This document shows, one piece after another, positions 37,455 to 50,179 of a stretch of DNA of 64,000 nucleotides (its first letter is position 1; each line of letters begins with the position of its first letter). The DNA lies in the NCBI RefSeq assembly GCF_006345805.1, contig NC_043004.1:75330001-75394000 (forward strand), given 5' to 3'. The notes beneath the pieces were generated by a model, which searched no databases, was not told the DNA's origin, and worked only from the letters and a program-made list of their open reading frames with translations. A program made the translations under genes and the position numbers. The DNA is from Octopus sinensis (taxonomy: Eukaryota).

Positions 37455-38262
37455 GTAGTAGTAGTAGTGGTAGTAGGTGTAGTAGTAGTTGTAGTAGTAG
37501 TAGTGGTAGGTGTAGTAGTAATAGTAGGTGTAGGAGTAGTAGTAGTAGCAGCAGCAGCAACAGCAGTAGTAGTTGGTGTAGGAGTAATAGTAGTAGTAGG
37601 TGTAGGTGTAGTAGTAGTAGTAGCAGCAGCAACAGCAGTAGTAGTAGGTGTAGGAGTAATAGTAGTAGTAGGTGTAGGTGTAGTAGTATAGTAGGTGTAG
37701 GAGTAATAGTAGTAGTAGTAGGTGTAGGTGTAGTAGGTGTAGTATGAGCAGCAGCAGCAGTAGCAGCAGCAGTAGTAGTAGTAGTAGTGATAGTAGCTCT
37801 TTTGGTGAGGTTGGTGTTAATGGTGGTTATGATGGTGATGATAGGAAGAGGAGGACGAGGAGCGCAAAGTGGCAACAAAAACAGAATATAATGACTATGA
37901 TGATGACGATGGTGGAGGTGGTGGTGGTGACGACGACGACGATGATGACAGCATTATCATCATCATCATCGTAATCAACAACAACAGCTGTACCAGTCTT
38001 TACTATAAGTTGACCGTGGAGAAGGAGACCCTTGTGTTGTTGTCTCTCCAACGAACCTTCTCAGTTCTTCTTAAACTGACTGATACAAAACGTTGACCTC
38101 TTTCAAATTTTGAAAGATCTCCAGATCATGTGAGACCCCCGAGCTTCAGTTGGCATTGTGGCGGTTGATACTGTTGCTGCTGCTGTTACTACTACTACTA
38201 CAACTACTAATACTACTACTACAACAACTACCACTACTACTACCACTACCGTCACCACCACC

Positions 38263-38303
<41 letters not shown>

Positions 38304-38365
38304 TACTACTACTGCTACTACTACTACTACTGCTACTACTACTACCACTACTACTACTACTACTT
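37455..38365. repeat. Compound trinucleotide microsatellites (GTA/GCA/GGT/GAC/ACT) with sub-repeats of about 60-70 bp
   Basis: Directly visible. Explains the poly-V/L/T/S ORFs. Confidence 0.95.
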
Positions 38366-38589
38366 GACAGCTACCATAAATCCGACACTGCTTTGTCAAT
38401 GTCTCCTTGATCGATGTTGTTGCTGTCGTAGTTTATAGCGTTGTTCGCAACGATGTGGTGGTGGTGGTAGGAATGTTAATGGTGCTACTCTTGTCAGTGG
38501 CTCAGCAAAAAAAAAAAAAATTGTTTAGTGGGTAGAAACCCAGGTTCAAATTTTTTAAATGAAAAATGTGGATTTATTTCAATGTCAAC

Positions 38590-39205
38590 ATTATCAGAGA
38601 CCTGGATCACTTACCGCAGTCACATCCGTCTCCTCGAGCGTTTCCACCAGCGATGTCTCCGCACCATCCTCAACATTCACTGGAGTGACTTCGTCACAAA
38701 CATTGAAGTCTTGGAGCGGGCCGAGATCCCCAGCATTGAAGCCATGCTACTGAAGTCCCACCTCCGATGGGCAGGGCATGTCACCAGAATGGAGAACCAT
38801 CGCCTTCCTAAGATTGCCCTGTTTGGCGAACTCTCCACCGGCCACCGTTAGAGAGGAGCTCCGAGGAAGCTACAAAGATTGCCTCAAGAAGTCTCTAACA
38901 GCATGTCATATTGACCACCAATGCCGGTCAGACCTGGCTGCGGACCGTGATGTCTGGCGCCACACGATCTTCAACGCAGTCAGCAAGTTTGAGGAACAAA
39001 GAAAAGACGCACTTAAAGACAAGAGACGCAGGAGGAAGGTGCGAGCCGCCTCTGACACCACACCGGATGTTACCTTCGTCTGTGGACACTACTCACGGAC
39101 CTGCCTTTCCCATATCGGACTTGTCAGTCATGAGCGTGCATGCACGCGACGTGGACAGCCTTCCTGATCTTCGTTCGCGAAGCTGAGCCATGATGATGAT
39201 GATGA
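38590..39205 (+). mobile_element. RTE-BovB-like LINE 3' fragment with C-terminal zinc-finger relic and (ATG)n tail
   Basis: ETWITY...LERFHQRCLRTILNIHW...LRWAGHVTRMENHRLPKIALFGEL and CGHYSRTCLSHIGLVSHERAC, followed by GCCATGATGATGATG. Confidence 0.9.
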
Positions 39206-39624
39206 ACATCATGACAAATGCAGGTATAGATGGGGAAGGTTTTGCATACAAGAGGGGAGAGGAGAAGGATAGAGAAATGGATAGAAAAGAGAGAAAGTCA
39301 TACACCAAATAATATTGAACACTGTGTGGGATACCTCTGAGTGGGAACAGAAGTGGGGTGTGTGATATTACATTGACTAACAACCATAAAATGTTGCACA
39401 GAAAGTCACTACACACACACACACAACACACACACACACACACGCACGCACGCACGCACGTATATATATATAATGATGAAGGAGATTGTTGTATACAGTG
39501 CTCAGGTGCACTACAACTAAATAAATAATAAAAAAAGGCCATCAGGTGTAGTGCTGGCGGATTTCAGGACACATGGAAATTTTGAAGGATGTAGTGTCTC
39601 GACATCTAACAACTGATGCAGGAA

Positions 39625-39960
39625 GTTTATTCTATGCTTCGGCAATTCTGAAAATCATGGGTGTTGTATTGTTTTATGATTTTATAAGCATGTCCGCGAA
39701 TGTTTGACATATGGAATTCAAAAAGGTGCCCAAGGTTGTTGTTAGAAAGATGGTGAAAAATCTTCTGGGTGTCAACCAAGTCAGTTGCCAGACATCTGAG
39801 GTCCAATGTATCCATGTCCAGGGATGCAAGACGTTCAGAATATGGTGGATGTCTGGCGGCGGGTATTAGTTTTGTTGCACATTTCTGAACAGTTTCCAGG
39901 AGATTTATATGCTGAGCAAGATATGGGTTCCAGACTGGTGATGAAAATTCCAAGTGTAGA
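39625..39960 (-). mobile_element. CR1/L2-clade LINE 3' fragment
   Basis: EFSSPVWNPYLAQHINLLETVQKCATKLIP...YSERLASL..DTLDLR. Confidence 0.88.
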
Positions 39961-41629
39961 GAGCTGGAGAGCGGCTGACTAAGGTCTTACTGAGTGATGC
40001 TAGTACCCTCTCAGCCTTCCTGACGATTTCCCTAACCCTTTTTTCCGAACAAAAATAACGAGTTTGTAACACATTAAGAGGTCAGGGTACTTGGTTCCAC
40101 GCAAAAATCCGAGGGTTTCTTTTTTCTTAGTGAAACGCGTGCGAGTGTACTTCCCAAAATTTACCTAAACTTCTAAACCCGACCCTTTTTCTACAGAGTT
40201 TCACAATTTCAATGAAATTTTCCCGCACTGAATGTTTTTTCTGAATAAGTTAATTTTTCGCTTGTTCACATAATTATACACGCCTCAGTTTATCTAGCAG
40301 TCAAGAATTTTTCAGAATATTACAAGAACATTCCAGAATGTTAATTGAAATATAATGACATCTTATCAAGAAAAATAAATAACGAAGTGTTAATAAACTT
40401 AAAATGATGAGCATGGATCGAAGAGACAACTCAAAATCAAAAGCTTAAAATAAGTTCCTGCAATATTTTCTAAAGGGTGTTCTGAGAAACCCTTGTATTT
40501 CACTTTTATAAAAACCTGCATTTCCGATAATACAGAGTTCTTGTAATAAAATTTAATAAAAGTTTATAAAGGAAAGAGAATGGTATTCACTATTTTAAAA
40601 TAAGTTGAATTATTTTAAAAACGAAGAAAGTAATTAAAACACAAGGAACATAGATGTTTTGAGGGACATAGATGTTTTTCGATTGAATATATTTTGTTTA
40701 CTTAAAAATTGGAATTCTTCAAGGTGGTACCCCAGCATGGCCGGCCGCAGTCTAAAAACTGCAACAAGTAAAAATAATTCTGGGGACGATACATTCAACT
40801 AAAAGTTCTAAAAACGAAAAAACAACCGAAAAATATAACCGTGGGGCTTTTGACCTAGGGGGCTTTTGACGGAGAGCTGATAGAATTGTTACCGTGCAAG
40901 AAAAAAAAAGGCTTAGCGACATTTCTTCTGATAATTACCAGTTGAACACTAGGGCTGATGTAACTGACTTATTCCCTACCCCGACATTGCTGGTCTTGTG
41001 CCAAAATTTGAATTCAGTATTTGCCGGATGGAGGCATGTGGATTTGTGACTCACGATCGCAAGATGGTGGTTTCCATTGTCGGAACGGGCGATGTGTTGT
41101 GTTTGTGAGCAAAACACTTCACGTTGCTCCAGTCCACTCTGATATATGAGAAATCGAGTAGCGTTGCGAGAGCCAGGTAACTCTTTCATAAAGCGTGCTG
41201 CCTTCTCGCTCACTCATACGTCATGGAAACTGGGTAACCGGCCTCAGTGGGTCCTACGACTCATGGCTATAATGCCCGGCGGTTGACAATGACAACGATG
41301 AATATTGGTTTCAAATTTTGACACAAGGCCAGCAATTTCGGAGACTGGGAGTAAGTCGATTATATCAGCCCAAGTGTTCAACCGGTATTTATTTTATCAG
41401 CCCCAAAAGAATGAAAGGCAAAATCGACCTCGGCGGAATTTGAACTCGGGACGTAAAGGCAGACGAGATGCTGTTAAACATTTTGCCCAACGTACTAACG
41501 ATTCTGCCTGCTTGTTGCCTTACTTAATGATGAATATTAACAGGCATCAAAGGACGTCGCTTGCGCCCGTCCGGATTGGAACTCGGAACATAAAGGAATC
41601 CCAAAACAGCATTTTGTCCGACGATTAAA

Positions 41630-42085
41630 CACTTTCTGGATTTTTTCGGTTTGACCGGCAGTCTTTTCTAGCGGTGTCATATGAAATTGTCACCCATAAT
41701 TATGACCCTAGTATCGATCTATTGCATTTCATTCTGTTTTAGGGTTAGAGTTAGGGTTAGTTAGGGTTAGGGGTGGGGGGAAGGGTATCTTTTTTTTCAT
41801 CAGAATTGTAAATAAACCCAATCTGCTTCTTAAACGAGGGACATATTCATACGGCACAGAATGTTTTCACCTCAATAGACGTCATTGATTGGTTGAAATT
41901 GCAGAAATTGAAGAAAAAACAACAACAAATATCTTACAAACTATAGTATTTTCTCAATAAAGCCAAGAGAAAAAAGATGTTTTATAAACGCATTCTACCA
42001 GTATACGAAGTTTAAAAGTGTTTAGTTACGTGGAAATTACTTTAAAAAACTGCCGGTCAAACCGAAAAGATTCCACTTTCTTTCC
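41630..42085. mobile_element. Non-autonomous TIR element carrying short TTAGGG-like repeats
   Basis: TIR TTTTCGGTTTGACCGGCAG / CTGCCGGTCAAACCGAAAA. Internal sequence is shared with both arms of 60569-61362. Confidence 0.7.
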
Positions 42086-44114
42086 AGTCGACAACCATCC
42101 TTGAAAGATAAATGAGAAACGGAACAGATGGCTCCATGTTACATAACAAGAGAACGTCGTGACTATTTTGTATGGAGATGAACTTTTACTGACATATTTG
42201 CTCTGCCTTCTACCCAACCTTTTGCATTTCTAAATTACTATGTATCAAAATAGAATAAAATATATATAATAAAACTATAGTGTCATTAAGAAAGCTAAAC
42301 AATGAAAAATCAGACAATGATACACTGGCAAACTAAATGTCTGTAATTTTGCAACGGTGAGTTAATTAGAAGTTGCAACAATGAAAATCATTCCAGGCAA
42401 ACACGTTTTTGATCCTGGACTGTCTTGTTTGTGTGTTAAAGTATTTGAGTTTGTTTTCAACAGAAGGTTGTGTTGTCATTTATTTATTCTTATATCTCAT
42501 TCTTTCATTCTATTTCTTTATGACAGTGGTTTGATGTTGAGGCCTGACAACCTTCATTCACCATGTCTTTATATTTAAGCCGGACAAAGAACATTTTCTT
42601 TTTACTCAAAATTACCCCATTTTTAAAGAAATGTTTCAAAATGCTATTATTACCGAGAGTGTTATACAAGGGAAACCCTTCAAAACCTTTCTTTCATATA
42701 TTAGCATTATTGTTGGACATAAAACCCCGGCTAATATATATATGTGGCAGTAAGGAACACTTAAGGGATTTCTTACAAATAAAAAGCAGTAGAGACATCA
42801 CCAACAATAGGTGACAAGAAGTGTTGTCCTCAAGAGACAACCCCGACAACAGGTCATAAACAGGTGTTGTTCTCAAGAGACGTGAAGGACAACAGATAAC
42901 AGCAGGTGTTGTGCTGTCCAGAAATACCACTGACAGCTTGTCACAAGCGTTGTTGTTCTCAAGAGACCAGAGGAAACGGCGAAAGGCGAAAACAAGTGTA
43001 CACAACGATCACAGCGTTGTACTCTGTAATAGATAGCAAAAAGAAAGGCTTTTACGATCGTTGAGAAAAAACAGCTCAGCTACTGCTCATATTTATAGCA
43101 GCAAATCATTTAAGGGCCGCGTACCCACAAGAGATGAACAGAAGCAGAAATAGTGGCAGATCATGAGGTTCTGCTTCTACTCAAGCAATGTTACACACAA
43201 AATCGGAGTTACTGGAAGAAATCGCTTCGTTCCCAGTTCCAGAAGTCGACCAGGAAACCGAGGGACTCTTTCTTCCGACAATAAACTAAAGCAAAGACTG
43301 TGCTGAGACGGAAAGAGAGCGCAATCGACAGCAACAACAGAAAGTTCCGAAGGAAGTGGACGATGCTGAACGTTTTGGAAGAGTTTAAAAAAAAATCGAA
43401 CTCACGACCCAACGTTCATGAATCAAATACTCTTAACTCTGTGCTGCACATCAACAAACAGCAGGACATGGACCCTTTCTTGCCTATTACAAGAAATCAA
43501 AGACCGTTCCTTGATTACCAACCTTAAACAGTACCTGCAAAATTTGAAGAGTACGCACCTCCCATCGAAGTGTAGATGTTTGCCCTCATTAAAACATATA
43601 TCTTGTTTCCCTTGTTGTGCGATTTCCTATTATATTTCTTTATTGTCTTTAAACATTGTATACTTTTTTGGCAATGTTTAACTCATCCATTCTTCTCATC
43701 CTTTGTGTGTTCTATTTTGATATACTTAGTATATCAAAAGCCCACACTTTAAGCACATTTTCATTGTTGTATAACTATTCCTTAATGGCAAATTAAAATC
43801 AGTTGTTGTTGTTGTTATTCTTCTTCTTATTATTATTATTTTTCCTTCCTTCAAATTTTCTTCCGTTTCTCGCCGAATGTTTTCCGTACACCTAGGGTAG
43901 AGAAGTTCGTTGTATGCATTCCCTGATTACACACGCAAATTCACAGGTAAAATATGTATTAAAAAAATTAATGAATAAATAAATTCATGACTGGATGTTG
44001 TTTCCACAGCGATAATGCTCTTCTCAGTACATGAGCCGTTCCAGTTAACACGATTTTTTGCACATCCTGCAGGGATGATAAACCTGGTACCATTTTCAAA
44101 TAGGTTTCTGTACC

Positions 44115-44158
<44 letters not shown>

Positions 44159-44175
44159 ATCATCATCATCATCAT

Positions 44176-44549
44176 CATTACCTTCGCCTTAGCGAAGGCT
44201 GAGGTATTGTTGTTAGTAGTGTTTGTTTGCTTGTCGGAGGACTAGATATCTCAAGAACCGTTGCATGGATTCGGATGAAATTTTCAGAGATGTTTCGCCT
44301 CATGACTGGCACGAACTGATTAGATTTTGGGATCGATCCGGTACCGGACAAAAATTCTAGATTATTTTTACGTTTTTTTGTTTTACTTAATTTTTTAGAG
44401 CGGTCGGGTTCATTTTTAGTATTCTCGTTTGTGAGAGCAATCGAGATTATTTCAGATATTCTCATTTTAAAAATCATCCCCAGCTGATCGTTGAGAGGAC
44501 ATTGCTGTTGCCTTGGCGGAGGTTTGTGCTCTCCGAGCGCTCTTGTTGT
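44176..44549 (+). mobile_element. Non-autonomous Helitron/Helentron-like element
   Basis: Starts TTATTACCTTCGCC and ends CCTTGGCGGAGGTTTGTGCTCTCCGAGCGCTCTTGTT, with subterminal inverted repeat and 3' hairpin. Family assigned from memory. Confidence 0.45.
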
Positions 44550-45033
44550 TGGCAGAATCGTTAGCACGCCGGGCGAAATGCGTAGCCGTATTTCGTCTGC
44601 CGTTACGTTCTGAGTTCAAATTCTGCCGAGGTCGACCTTGCCTTTCATTCTTTCGGGGTCGATAAATTAGGTACCAGTTGTGTACTGAGATCGATATAAT
44701 CGACTGGCCCTTTTCCCCAAAATTTCAGGCCTTGCGCCTATAGTAGAAAGGATTATTATTATTATTATTATTATTAAAGTGGCGAACTGGCAGAATCGTT
44801 AGGACGCCAGGCGAAATGCTTGGCGGTATTTCGCATGTCGCTACGTTCTGAGTTGAAATTCCGCGGAGGTCGACTTCGCCTTTCATCCTTTCGGGGGTCG
44901 ATTAATTAAGTACCAATTACGCCCTGGGGTCAATGAAATTGACTTAATTCCCTCCTCCAAGCTGCCCTTGTGGAAAAATTTGAAATCATTATTACTATTA
45001 TTATTATTATTGTTGTTGTTATTATTATTATTG

Positions 45034-45079
<46 letters not shown>

Positions 45080-45080
<1 letters not shown>

Positions 45081-45600
45081 GAGTGAGAGAGCAGTGCATG
45101 CCGTCAAAATGACACAGGAGTACAAATATACGAATCCCAGTATTACTCATCATGACTACCCGTCAGGCACATGCATCCTAACTATATGTGTGCAACATGG
45201 TGATTTCATGTCAAAATAAACAACGTATGGCCTTGCAGGTGGGGGCTCAGTTAGAATTTTCCTCAGGTCGAGTAGCCTATCCCGCACAAAAGGTCCCTGA
45301 ATAAGGTTTGTTTATGGATGTTGAACGAAGCACCCATGTTTCCAGTGGTGAATTATCCAGACCTCAAAGAATCTCTCTCAACACATGGCTATGATGCTCC
45401 CCGCAAATACTTCTGCTCAAGATCAGCGATGCACCTATCATCAGCCACTAAGAGACATACTCAATTGGTTAAGGTCAAACAACTGGACAAGCAGATCTGT
45501 GGTATTGAGCAGTATATTTGCTGTAGCCCATCTTTTATACAAAGACAAAACAATGTACACGATACCACTTCCAATCAGTTAAAACCAGAAGCCATGAGAG
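45080..45600 (+). mobile_element. Dispersed repeat associated with (TTA)n; inverted diverged copy at about 48380-48856
   Basis: AAAGAATCTCTCTCAACACATGGCTATGATGCTCCC versus GGGAGCATCACAGCCGTGTGTTGAGAGAGATTCTTT. Confidence 0.8.
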
Positions 45601-45629
45601 CCACTGCCTGGTACTGCATCAAGGCACTT

Positions 45630-45910
45630 ATAACAACAACAACAACAATAATTTTATTGCCTTTGCACAGCTTCTAAGGCTGGAGATGTACTACAGTGTC
45701 AGCTGTTCATTACCAGTGAACTAAGGTAACACTCCTTTTTTTCGAGCAGCATCCGGAGTATTAAAGCGGTTCCAAGCAGTGCTGTTTTCTGCAAGTGCTC
45801 CACTCTTATTGTAGCCCCTATTTGTCCCATGTACTTCAAAAATGTTTTACTCACTGTTCTCAGGGCTCCGATAATTATTGGTACGCTTACCACCTTTTCA
45901 TCGACCACAA
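45630..45910 (-). mobile_element. R4/Dong-like (restriction-like endonuclease) LINE 3' end
   Basis: VVSVPIIIGALRTV...IRVEHLQKTALLGTALILR. Confidence 0.8.
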
Positions 45911-46479
45911 CTGTTTAAGCTCCCAAGCGAACCTGACATATCTCCCATCTCTCCCATCAGCCCTCCCACAGAAGAAGACTTTCCTCTCCTCATATCACTC
46001 ACTCCTAGCGAGAACAACAACAACAGTAGCAACCTAAGCAATGTGAAAAATCGCGAAGCTTATGAAATTAGTTACAACAAAAACAGCAGCAGTGACAGGA
46101 GTGTCGATGGTAGAGATGGCAGAAACAGTAGTGATGGGGGAAGTGGAGGCAGCAAAGGCTTCAACGCCACGACAGGCAGTAGCAGTAACGAAAACGGCAA
46201 CAATAACAGCATCAGATGCAGTGATAGTAACACAGACGGCAGTAGCAGAACCAATAATAGCAGTGGTAGAGAAGAAATTGAAAGCAGCAGTGGTAGCGGT
46301 GATGATGGCAACAAAACAAGTGACTACAACCCCACCACTACAATAAACAGTAACAACAGCAGTAGCAACAATAACAACGGCAATAAAGCTAAAACGAAAA
46401 CAACAATACCAATATTACCATCACCACCACCACCAACAACAACAACAATACGTTCCCAGCAGCAAACACGAGACCACGT

Positions 46480-48085
46480 TACAGCATAGACCTCACAAAC
46501 AAAGAGGAAAAGTTGGTCCTTGCCTGGAAACTCATCAAACATGAGCAAACCTGGGCCAACGTAACCATTCCAAAAGAGGCAATTGAAGCAGTGGAGAAAA
46601 TAACAGTTCATTTCAGATGCTTCTCAGCAGAGACAAAGAAACTGGCAATAATAGCACAAGCAGATATTGAAGTTGCGCTGAGATGTATCAGAGATGATGC
46701 CGAATACGTAGCGAAAGGCGGACAATACGGCATCATTTCGGTGCTTTTTAAGTCAGAAGCCCTCGTTACAAAGGACTCAATGACCCCTTGCAAAACCAGC
46801 AAGGTCATTATGTACCCATCCCATATGGTGAAAAGAATAGAGCGTGTTCGCATTCCAAGGATTCCACCAGGACTTGACATGTGGTGGCTTCTGGGATACG
46901 TAATCGAGCAAGGGTCAGATACCGTCCCGATAGAGGTGACAAAGACTGCCAGGGAGGACTGGTCCAGGGTGTATCTGGAGACACTTCTCCAGATCAAGCC
47001 CGAAAACTTCAAAAGTAATCCAGACCACATCCGTCTCCAAAACGGGACGGTATTGCAGATAATGTGTGAGAGCAGAAGCTGCATTGTTTCGTTTGTGGAG
47101 AAAGTACTCATTTGCGAGTCTTTTGCCCTCAAGGGATAAAAGGTGCAAGGGGTCAAAGGCCTCCACTGCTGCCTACGCCGGGACGAGGACCACAACCAAC
47201 ACCAGTACCAGCACCGGCAAAACCACCAGCAACAAGAAACATTAACCACCCTAGGGGGAAACGAGAAACGCTCTCCCACCCCCCAATAAATACACACATA
47301 AATAAGAATATAAACATACACACAGACACAGACACACTTACAGCCTCCTCTTCAAATTCTTGTGGCGGGGATAGGTTCTGTTGGTGAGGCGGTCCATCTG
47401 CTGCCAGCACCTTCTCCGGGGAGGGCTGGGCATACCGTGGCTAATGATACGTAGACATGCATTGAGGTTGCGGCATCTCCAGATATTCTGCCTGAACGGT
47501 GAACAGGTGTGGTCAGTGTTTGTTAAACAGGGCTTCCACCAGCTCATCTCCTTGACTGAGCTGCAGCCCTGGGTCTAGAAGAGACGCAGACAGGATGAGT
47601 GGCATCTGAAATGTTGCCAGGCACTCACTGCCCTCTACCAGGCAGGAAACTTGGTCAGTGGAACACCCACTCTTGAGTTCTGTAGAGGTTTAGTGGTGGA
47701 AAAGTGCGATGACACACTTGTAGAGGCGCTGGGCGTTGATGAAGTCGAAGTGACCAGCCTGGGACCATGGATAACTTCCAGAAATCCCTTGCTTGGCATT
47801 GCTACCAGGGGGAACTGACGGTTCAAGATAAACTCTACAGGCACGGAAGTGCTGTCAGACGGACCTGCCCGAGGTGCGCGCAGAGCGACGAAATCGATCT
47901 TCACGCACTCGTCCAATGTCCATGCATTATTGATTTGTGGAACAGTTGTCGCATGTAGGACGGATTCGGCTATCGGCCGAGTCCATAGTGACGATTGACC
48001 CGCCACCTTCCTTTGGTCTGGAAGGGCAGGCAATTTTCCTCTGTCTGGTAGCAGTAGCGAAAGAGGTTGTATGGTGCATTAGGTA
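46480..48085 (+). mobile_element. Internally deleted L1/Tx1-like LINE: ORF1 with CCHC knuckle joined to the ORF2 C-terminus (zf-RVT)
   Basis: ORF 46513-47139, frameshifted into CFVCGESTHLRVFC (C-X2-C-X4-H-X4-C), then GGLGIP and KSLAWHCYQGELTVQDKL...TCPRCAQSDEIDLHALVQCP. Confidence 0.75.
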
Positions 48086-48333
48086 TGATAACAAATATTC
48101 AGACAAATACGTAACAAAAGCACAAGGACTAACAAATATATATAACATACAGAAAATAGCACTACGAGGCACAGCACACGTCCTACGTAAAACACTTTCA
48201 ATTCAGTAACCGTAAGAGCATCACAGCAAACAACAGCACATAACAGAGGCACACAGAGCTTCGTTCAGTAGTGCAATGAAAGCACATTATAAAAATAAAA
48301 CTACTGAATAATAATAATATAATAATAATAATA

Positions 48334-48367
<34 letters not shown>

Positions 48368-48380
48368 TAATAATAATAAT
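48085..48380 (+). mobile_element. R4/Dong-like LINE 3' end with (TAA)n tail
   Basis: GLTNIYNIQKIALRGTAHVLRKTLSIQ then a stop, a short UTR and (TAA)n. Confidence 0.75.
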
Positions 48381-49579
48381 ATCATGTACATTGTTTTGTC
48401 TTGGTATAAAAGATGGGCTACAGCAAATATTCTGCTCAATACCACAGATTTGCTTGTCAGTTCTTTGACCATAACCAGTTGAGCATGTCCCTTAGTTGCT
48501 GACCATATGTGCATCGCTGATCACGAGCAGAAGTAGTGGGGGAGCATCACAGCCGTGTGTTGAGAGAGATTCTTTGGGGTTTGAATAATTCACCTCTAGA
48601 AACATGGGTGTTTCGTTCAACATCCTTAAACAACCCTTTTTCAGGGACCTTTTGAGCGGGATGGGTTACTCGACCAGAAGAAAATTCTAACTGGGCCCCA
48701 CCTGCAAAAGTCATGTGCTGTTTATATTGATATGAGATCACCATGTCGTGCACACATGGTTGTGATGCATGTGCCTGGTGTACCCTTATCAGACGGGTAG
48801 ACAGGATGGGTATACTGGGCTTCGTATATTTTACCCCAGTGTCACTTTGATGGCATTTTGTGTCACTTTGATGGCATTAGTAGTAGTAATAGTAACTAGT
48901 TTTTTTATTTTCCCAATTCCACCCTCACTCTCTCTCGTTCTCCTTCTCTCTCTTTCTTTCTCTCCCTCTGTGTGTATAGATAGATAGATAGATAGGTATA
49001 GATATATATATAGATATACATACACATACATATGCACATACACATGCATATACATACACACTCGCCCACATACATACATACATACAAGCCTTCCCTTTAT
49101 TTTCTCTCTTATTCTCTACTAGCGCACATACCACCGTTATATTCTGTCAACTGTTGAGATCCAATAACAAAAGGATAGCAAACCCAAACAAAGCAAAAGG
49201 AACTGAGGAGCCGACATGAAATGATATGAATTTATACCATTCTGTACCTCCTTAATCAAACCCTTGCCAAATAACACCAAACGTACACGTGACTTCCTTC
49301 AAGCCATAAACCTCACATGACCCATCTTTCGTTTCATGTAATTTATCTAATAATTATCAAAAGCATGTTTACTCTGTTTTCCTTTGGTAATACACACACA
49401 CACGCACACACATACACACACATATACATATACTCATCTATCTATCTGCTAGTCTGTCTGTCCGTCCGTCCGACAGTCTGTCTGTCTGTCTGTCTCTGTC
49501 TCTCTCTCTATATATGTATATATATGTGTGTGTGTGTGTGTGAGTGTGTGTGTTGGTGTGTGTACACACACACACATAT

Positions 49580-49790
49580 ATGCATAGCGGCATCAGTTTG
49601 GTGGACAAAGTTAATGGCCACCTCTCGGAACCGTTTCAGATATCCCGATCGCTCCGTCAGGGGTACCCTCTCTCCTCCTTGCTGTACGTATTGACCGTTG
49701 AACCTTTACCGCGAAAGCTGGAGCTGCTGCAGGCTATCCCGCTCAAACCAGGACGCGAAAGGGCTGTGTCTGCGTCCGAGGAGAGCGGTT
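49580..49790 (+). mobile_element. L1/Tx1-like RT fragment
   Basis: VNGHLSEPFQISRSLRQGYPLSSLLYVLTVEPL. Confidence 0.85.
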
Positions 49791-49983
49791 TATTTCAAAT
49801 TGCTGGAATATATTCACTGATGGATTAAATGGAGTCGCTTGAAACGGCCGTAATGCACTGATACCTAGACATCCTTGTTACTCATTTGCTTTTTATTCAC
49901 CTAATTTTGAGTTGCGCAGATTATACCGAACTGGCTTGGTACCTCAATTTAAATGCCTAATAATCTTAATCATTTCTTTCTTT

Positions 49984-50040
<57 letters not shown>

Positions 50041-50142
50041 TCACTCATATATATATTCAATCATATACTCGTGAATCTCATTAGAAACAACATGGACCCA
50101 TTTTCTTCTTAAGAAAAATATATTTTCATATAAATTAAACAT

Positions 50143-50179
50143 TGTATCATGAATAGCGATTGCGAAACCGGTCGATACA
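50143..50179 (+). ncRNA. Degenerate minimal hammerhead relic
   Basis: Stem I TGTATC/GATACA, core ATGAATA (two changes), stem II GC(GATT)GC, then GAAAC-CG-GTC with palindromic ACCGGT. Confidence 0.55.

Noticed and set aside
37417-38410. Long poly-L/V/T/S ORFs here and at 25997-26449, 34485-34844, 44883-45219 and 58445-59208
   Set aside because: They are translations of microsatellites.
41740-41780. TTAGGG repeats as a telomere or chromosome fusion site
   Set aside because: Only a few imperfect units, internal to a dispersed element present three times in the window.
43960-44115. ORF segment ENGTRFIIPAGCAKNRVNWNGSCTEK as an LRP2 exon
   Set aside because: No LDLa or EGF pattern and no convincing splice sites.
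45878-46489. 203-aa S/N-rich ORF as a gene
   Set aside because: Low-complexity AGC/AAC-derived sequence between retroelement fragments, with no domain or splice support.
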